Below are positions 14,723 to 17,667 of a stretch of DNA of 17,667 bases, one piece after another. A model generated the notes under the pieces. It was not told the origin of the DNA, searched no databases, and saw only the letters and a list, made by a program, of their open reading frames with translations. Origin of the DNA: a virus. Each line of letters starts with the position of its first letter. Position 1 is the stretch's first letter. Location of the stretch: the UHGV virus genome UHGV-0114647, one strand, 5' to 3'. The position numbers and the translations under genes are program-made.

Positions 14723-15070
14723 ATGACATTCAAAGAATTTTGTCAAGCAGCTTTTGTAATCATGTTTTTGTTAGGTGTAGGTGCTTGGGGTGGCTATACT
14801 TACAAGACTAGCCAAGTTAACGAGAAAGAGTTGACTAATCAGAAGCTTGTTAGTGTTGCTAAAGATGCTTATCAAGAAGGTTTATCAAATCTTAGCTCCA
14901 ATTACAAAAATGATTTGAAAGATGTGCTTGCTAAAAACAAACACACCAAAGAGGTATTGAACTATGAAAAAACTAAAACAGTCTTTATTAATGATTGTGC
15001 TACTGAGCCTTATGTCAGGGTGTTCAACGAACAAAGTGAACAGTACCTTCAAAAACTCCCAAGTAAGTGA
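14723..15070 (+). CDS. i-spanin-like protein (N-terminal TM anchor, periplasmic domain)
   Basis: AGGAGA RBS at 14709-14714. N-terminal TM helix AAFVIMFLLGVGAWGGY followed by a charged, coiled-coil-like periplasmic region. 115 aa, with a lipoprotein gene embedded in another frame at its 3' end. Confidence 0.5.
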   Translation: MTFKEFCQAAFVIMFLLGVGAWGGYTYKTSQVNEKELTNQKLVSVAKDAYQEGLSNLSSNYKNDLKDVLAKNKHTKEVLNYEKTKTVFINDCATEPYVRVFNEQSEQYLQKLPSK

Positions 15071-15233
15071 GAGTGACAAGTACACTCAAGAAGAAGCACG
15101 ATATGAAGTTAAAAGCACTAAAGGCAGAGATATTGCAAGTGCTCTTGAGTTTTATCGTGATGGCTACTATGAATGTACTATTAAGGCAAACAATTTAATT
15201 GATATGATTTTGTTAGGGAATAAACAGCAATGA
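14964..15233 (+). CDS. o-spanin-like outer-membrane lipoprotein
   Basis: AAAGAGGT RBS at 14948-14955. Lipoprotein signal MKKLKQSLLMIVLLSLMSGC with Ser at +2; mature part has a C-terminal Cys. Overlaps the preceding gene by about 107 nt in a different frame. Confidence 0.5.
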   Translation: MKKLKQSLLMIVLLSLMSGCSTNKVNSTFKNSQVSESDKYTQEEARYEVKSTKGRDIASALEFYRDGYYECTIKANNLIDMILLGNKQQ

Positions 15234-15499
15234 CAGAGAAGAATGAAACATTTTTTGTGGAAGGTTATCTTCTGTTACCAAGACCAAGTAACACTTACAT
15301 GAGATTTGACATTATGCCAACGGTTATGGATGATGTAACTTGTCACATCTTTATGCAGGGTGTTTCTGCACAACTTAAGCATGTTGGAAGAGATTGCAAA
15401 ATACGTGTTGACAACCATCCTGAAATCAACGAGAATCACTACACATGGTTCGGGGAAGATTCTAAAGAAATCTATGCAGTCCTTAAAACGAGGAAATAA
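15230..15499 (+). CDS. hypothetical protein (89 aa)
   Basis: ATGA-coupled to the upstream stop. No recognisable motif. Confidence 0.45.
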   Translation: MTEKNETFFVEGYLLLPRPSNTYMRFDIMPTVMDDVTCHIFMQGVSAQLKHVGRDCKIRVDNHPEINENHYTWFGEDSKEIYAVLKTRK

Positions 15500-15500
15500 C

Positions 15501-15656
15501 ATGGACAAGCAAAAGTTACTTAAGCTTATTGAAGAGTATGGTGATTCTCGTTACAATGAAGCTGGAGAAAGTTGTGTAGGTTCTGTAGAGGCTCTGACAC
15601 TCTGGGAAGAATCCTCAGCAGCCTTACTCCAACAAATTAAAGAAGTCATCCAGTGA
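15501..15656 (+). CDS. hypothetical small protein (51 aa)
   Basis: ATG at 15501 with GAGGAAA at 15490-15496. Shorter than the long ORF opening at 15360, which overlaps the upstream gene. Confidence 0.35.
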   Translation: MDKQKLLKLIEEYGDSRYNEAGESCVGSVEALTLWEESSAALLQQIKEVIQ

Positions 15657-15665
15657 GGTTTAGTG

Positions 15666-15992
15666 ATGCAACTAGATGGTAAGAATTATGTAGCCGTCTT
15701 TTCAGACGGTGAGAAAGAAATTGGTACAGCACAAGTCTGTCACAGTGGTAAAGAATTTCTCTATGGGGTTGTTGCATTCATTGGCACTCGTGGAGATATG
15801 AAATCTTTTAAAGATTGTGTTGACAAGCTTGAAGAATCCATAGAGAATCATTGGTGTCTGATATGGCTTAATGCAGAGAATGTTAAAGAACGCTATGCAA
15901 AAGTTGGTATCCATATTGAAAGCATCGAACATGTTGACCTGTTTGAGCTAACTGAAAAGGTGATGTATGAAAATTCTGTTAATCAGAAATAA
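15666..15992 (+). CDS. hypothetical protein (108 aa)
   Basis: ATG at 15666 with GAGG upstream. No recognisable motif. Confidence 0.45.
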   Translation: MQLDGKNYVAVFSDGEKEIGTAQVCHSGKEFLYGVVAFIGTRGDMKSFKDCVDKLEESIENHWCLIWLNAENVKERYAKVGIHIESIEHVDLFELTEKVMYENSVNQK

Positions 15993-16191
15993 AAAGACTC
16001 GTCAGATTATTGCAACTGGCGTTCATGTAGGCCGTAATGAAGTAGTACCTTTTACTGAAATCTTCTCACATGAAGATAAGAGCTATACAAATTACTTGAA
16101 TAGCAAATTTTGCCGCTCAAATCTTGAAGATTTCAAGAAGACTTTTAAGAGTAATCGTACTATTATTCAAGAGGTAATCTTCAATGGCTGA
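15967..16191 (+). CDS. hypothetical protein (74 aa)
   Basis: AAAGGTGA RBS. Overlaps the upstream gene by 26 nt. Confidence 0.4.
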   Translation: MKILLIRNKKTRQIIATGVHVGRNEVVPFTEIFSHEDKSYTNYLNSKFCRSNLEDFKKTFKSNRTIIQEVIFNG

Positions 16192-16384
16192 TTTCTGCAC
16201 TAAGTGTTCTGTTGAGATGTTTGGAAAAGACACAGGGGACTTAAAAGGTCTCTTTACAAAAGCAGAGTTTGAAGCTGGTTCAGCAATGCCAGTAATCTGT
16301 GAAGGTTGTGGTGCTTTATGGGTAGACCATGAAGGTAACCGAGTTAAACCATCTGAAGATAACGAACGTTGGGAGCATTACTAA
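16184..16384 (+). CDS. small zinc-ribbon protein (66 aa)
   Basis: AGAGGT RBS. Two Cys pairs, CTKC and CEGC. Overlaps both flanking genes. Confidence 0.45.
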   Translation: MADFCTKCSVEMFGKDTGDLKGLFTKAEFEAGSAMPVICEGCGALWVDHEGNRVKPSEDNERWEHY

Positions 16385-16385
16385 T

Positions 16386-17180
16386 ATGGGTATCGTAAAA
16401 ATTATTAAAGGTGATATCTTTAAAGACTTTGATGGTAAGAAGTTTGATATCATTGGTCACGGTTGTAACTGTATGAACTTGATGCCAGCAGGTATCGCAG
16501 CAACAATTGCCAAACGTTACCCAAAAGCTTATGAAACTGACGCTGAAGTTTATGCTGCAGTAGGTGGTGAAAATCATAACCCTAAGCATCTAATGCTTGG
16601 TAACATCTCTGTAGCACGTTTTAAGCAGGGTCGAATTGCTAACCTTTACACTCAGGTTATCACTGGCAAAGATGCACGATACAACGCCTTAGAAGCAGCT
16701 TTACAGCGTCTTAACAACTACTGTAAAGTTAATCAACTTAAGAAAGTTGGGCTTCCGATGATTGGTGCAGGGATTGGTGGTCTTGATAGCATGGCTGTGC
16801 TGTCCATTATCAACCAGACTATGAAGGATGTTGACGTTTATATGTATGTCTATGAAGATAAGATGTACAGTCAGTTGACTAGTCCTGTTACTGGTTGGGA
16901 GAACTTCAGTGAGCCTCAATACTTTGATGGTGTTGCTGTGGTAGGCAAGGATAAAGTTACCCTCAAGGTGAAGCGTAATGGCAAGGTACACACCAGTTAC
17001 CCTCCGGTTGAGAAGTACAATCGGAGTAACGCTCAAGTTACCCACCCGTTACAAGGCCACCACCACAGAGCGGTAACGTTTGGTGATGATGCAAGTGTAT
17101 ATATCAATGCGACTACAGAAGAGTTTGCAGAAGATTATATCACACATGAAAACGTAAACTATGTTGAAGCACGTAACTAA
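16386..17180 (+). CDS. macro-domain protein (ADP-ribose binding/processing) with C-terminal extension
   Basis: N-terminus MGIVKIIKGDIFKDFDGKKFDIIGHGCNCMNLMPAGIAATIAKRYP matches the macro-domain opening (GDI-[TF]...D-x-I-V-N-A-A-N...G-G-V). Later GLPMIGAGIGGLD resembles the phosphate-binding glycine-rich loop. Confidence 0.6.
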   Translation: MGIVKIIKGDIFKDFDGKKFDIIGHGCNCMNLMPAGIAATIAKRYPKAYETDAEVYAAVGGENHNPKHLMLGNISVARFKQGRIANLYTQVITGKDARYNALEAALQRLNNYCKVNQLKKVGLPMIGAGIGGLDSMAVLSIINQTMKDVDVYMYVYEDKMYSQLTSPVTGWENFSEPQYFDGVAVVGKDKVTLKVKRNGKVHTSYPPVEKYNRSNAQVTHPLQGHHHRAVTFGDDASVYINATTEEFAEDYITHENVNYVEARN

Positions 17181-17209
17181 TAAGTTACCCAGATAGACAT
17201 AGACAAGCC

Positions 17210-17440
17210 CTCCAAAGTTTGAGTTTAAAATCTCAGGTAAGGGGGGCTTTTTCATTTTAAATTTGTGCAGGTATAGTTGCATAGAACTCTGGACAGATTT
17301 CTTTAGCTGAACTCCAAAGGGAAAATTCATTTCAAATTTGTGTAGGTTTAGACTCCAAAGGGATTTTTCATTTTCAATTTGTGCAGATGCAGTTGGACTC
17401 CAAAGGGAAAATTCATTTTCAGTTTGTGCAGGTAGGTAGC
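17210..17440. repeat. tandem direct repeat array, about four units of 41-100 bp
   Basis: Units begin at about 17210, 17311, 17352 and 17397, all with the core (ac)TCCAAAGGGaaaaTTCATTTtCAaaTTTGTGCAGgT. Internal units are 41 and 45 bp; the first has an insertion. A related TGTGCAGGT element lies in the promoter at 12800. Confidence 0.6.
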
Positions 17441-17607
17441 TGTAGGAAGCCAGCCCCACCACCCCCTCTTACTCCCCTTCATCCCAAAAGTCAAGAGAAA
17501 AATTTGTAGAGAACGCAAAAATAATTCTTGACTAGATTCCTGTTTTAGTGTATCCGCATACGTGCGTTCTATTCACAAAGCATCAAAAAATATTTTAAAA
17601 ATTTTTG

Positions 17608-17636
17608 TTGACTTCATAAATCCAGTCTTATAGTAT
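17608..17636 (+). promoter_or_regulatory. candidate sigma70-like promoter directed out of the window
   Basis: TTGACT at 17608-17613, then TATAGT after a 15 nt spacer or TAGTAT after 17 nt. Spacing is not ideal. Confidence 0.3.
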
Positions 17637-17667
17637 TTGCATCAACGGGAAACATCCCAACAATCCT

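Noticed and set aside
364-16589. All other minus-strand ORFs in the track (60-114 aa)
   Set aside because: Each lies entirely antisense to a + strand gene with clear motifs or coupling signals. They are likely shadow ORFs in AT-rich sequence.
17210-17440. Tandem repeats as a CRISPR array
   Set aside because: Units are contiguous with no unique spacers and are not palindromic. Period and divergence are irregular. No cas genes nearby.
17049-17462. 137 aa minus-strand ORF spanning the 3' end of the macro-domain gene and the tandem repeats
   Set aside because: It overlaps a well-supported + strand gene and runs through repetitive non-coding DNA. Its translation is low-complexity with no RBS context, and every supported gene in the window is on the + strand.
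17528-17556. Second TTGACT hexamer as a promoter
   Set aside because: The best -10 candidate at 17 nt is TATCCG (3/6). Too weak to call.
17490-17667. tRNA or other structured RNA gene in the terminal non-coding region
   Set aside because: No cloverleaf-compatible arrangement or conserved tRNA boxes could be identified by eye. This cannot be fully excluded without a covariance-model scan.

Overview
This window reads as a densely packed, single-orientation (+ strand) stretch of a T4-like (Tevenvirinae-type) phage genome. All calls rest on reading motifs in the supplied ORF translations; no database search was possible. The recognisable blocks are: (1) anaerobic nucleotide reduction, with a 5'-truncated glutaredoxin/thioredoxin-like gene, nrdD (class III RNR with RVCGYLG glycyl-radical motif) and nrdG (radical-SAM activase, Cx3Cx2C); (2) a divergent Prs-family pyrophosphokinase immediately followed by a NAMPT/NadV-family phosphoribosyltransferase, which is the candidate system of most interest, a possible phage NAD+ salvage or reconstitution anti-defence module; (3) rIIA (GHKL ATPase N-terminus) and rIIB, each with a sigma70-like promoter; (4) a signal-peptide lytic transglycosylase, a HAD-motif protein and an overlapped spanin-like pair; (5) a run of small overlapping genes ending in a macro-domain protein; and (6) a ~490 bp non-coding tail carrying four tandem direct repeats and a C-rich tract. 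Intrinsic terminators with UUCG/UACG-type tetraloops punctuate the region. Several micro-ORFs below the 60 aa track cutoff look plausible, including one with a DnaJ-type zinc finger. Minus-strand ORFs appear spurious.
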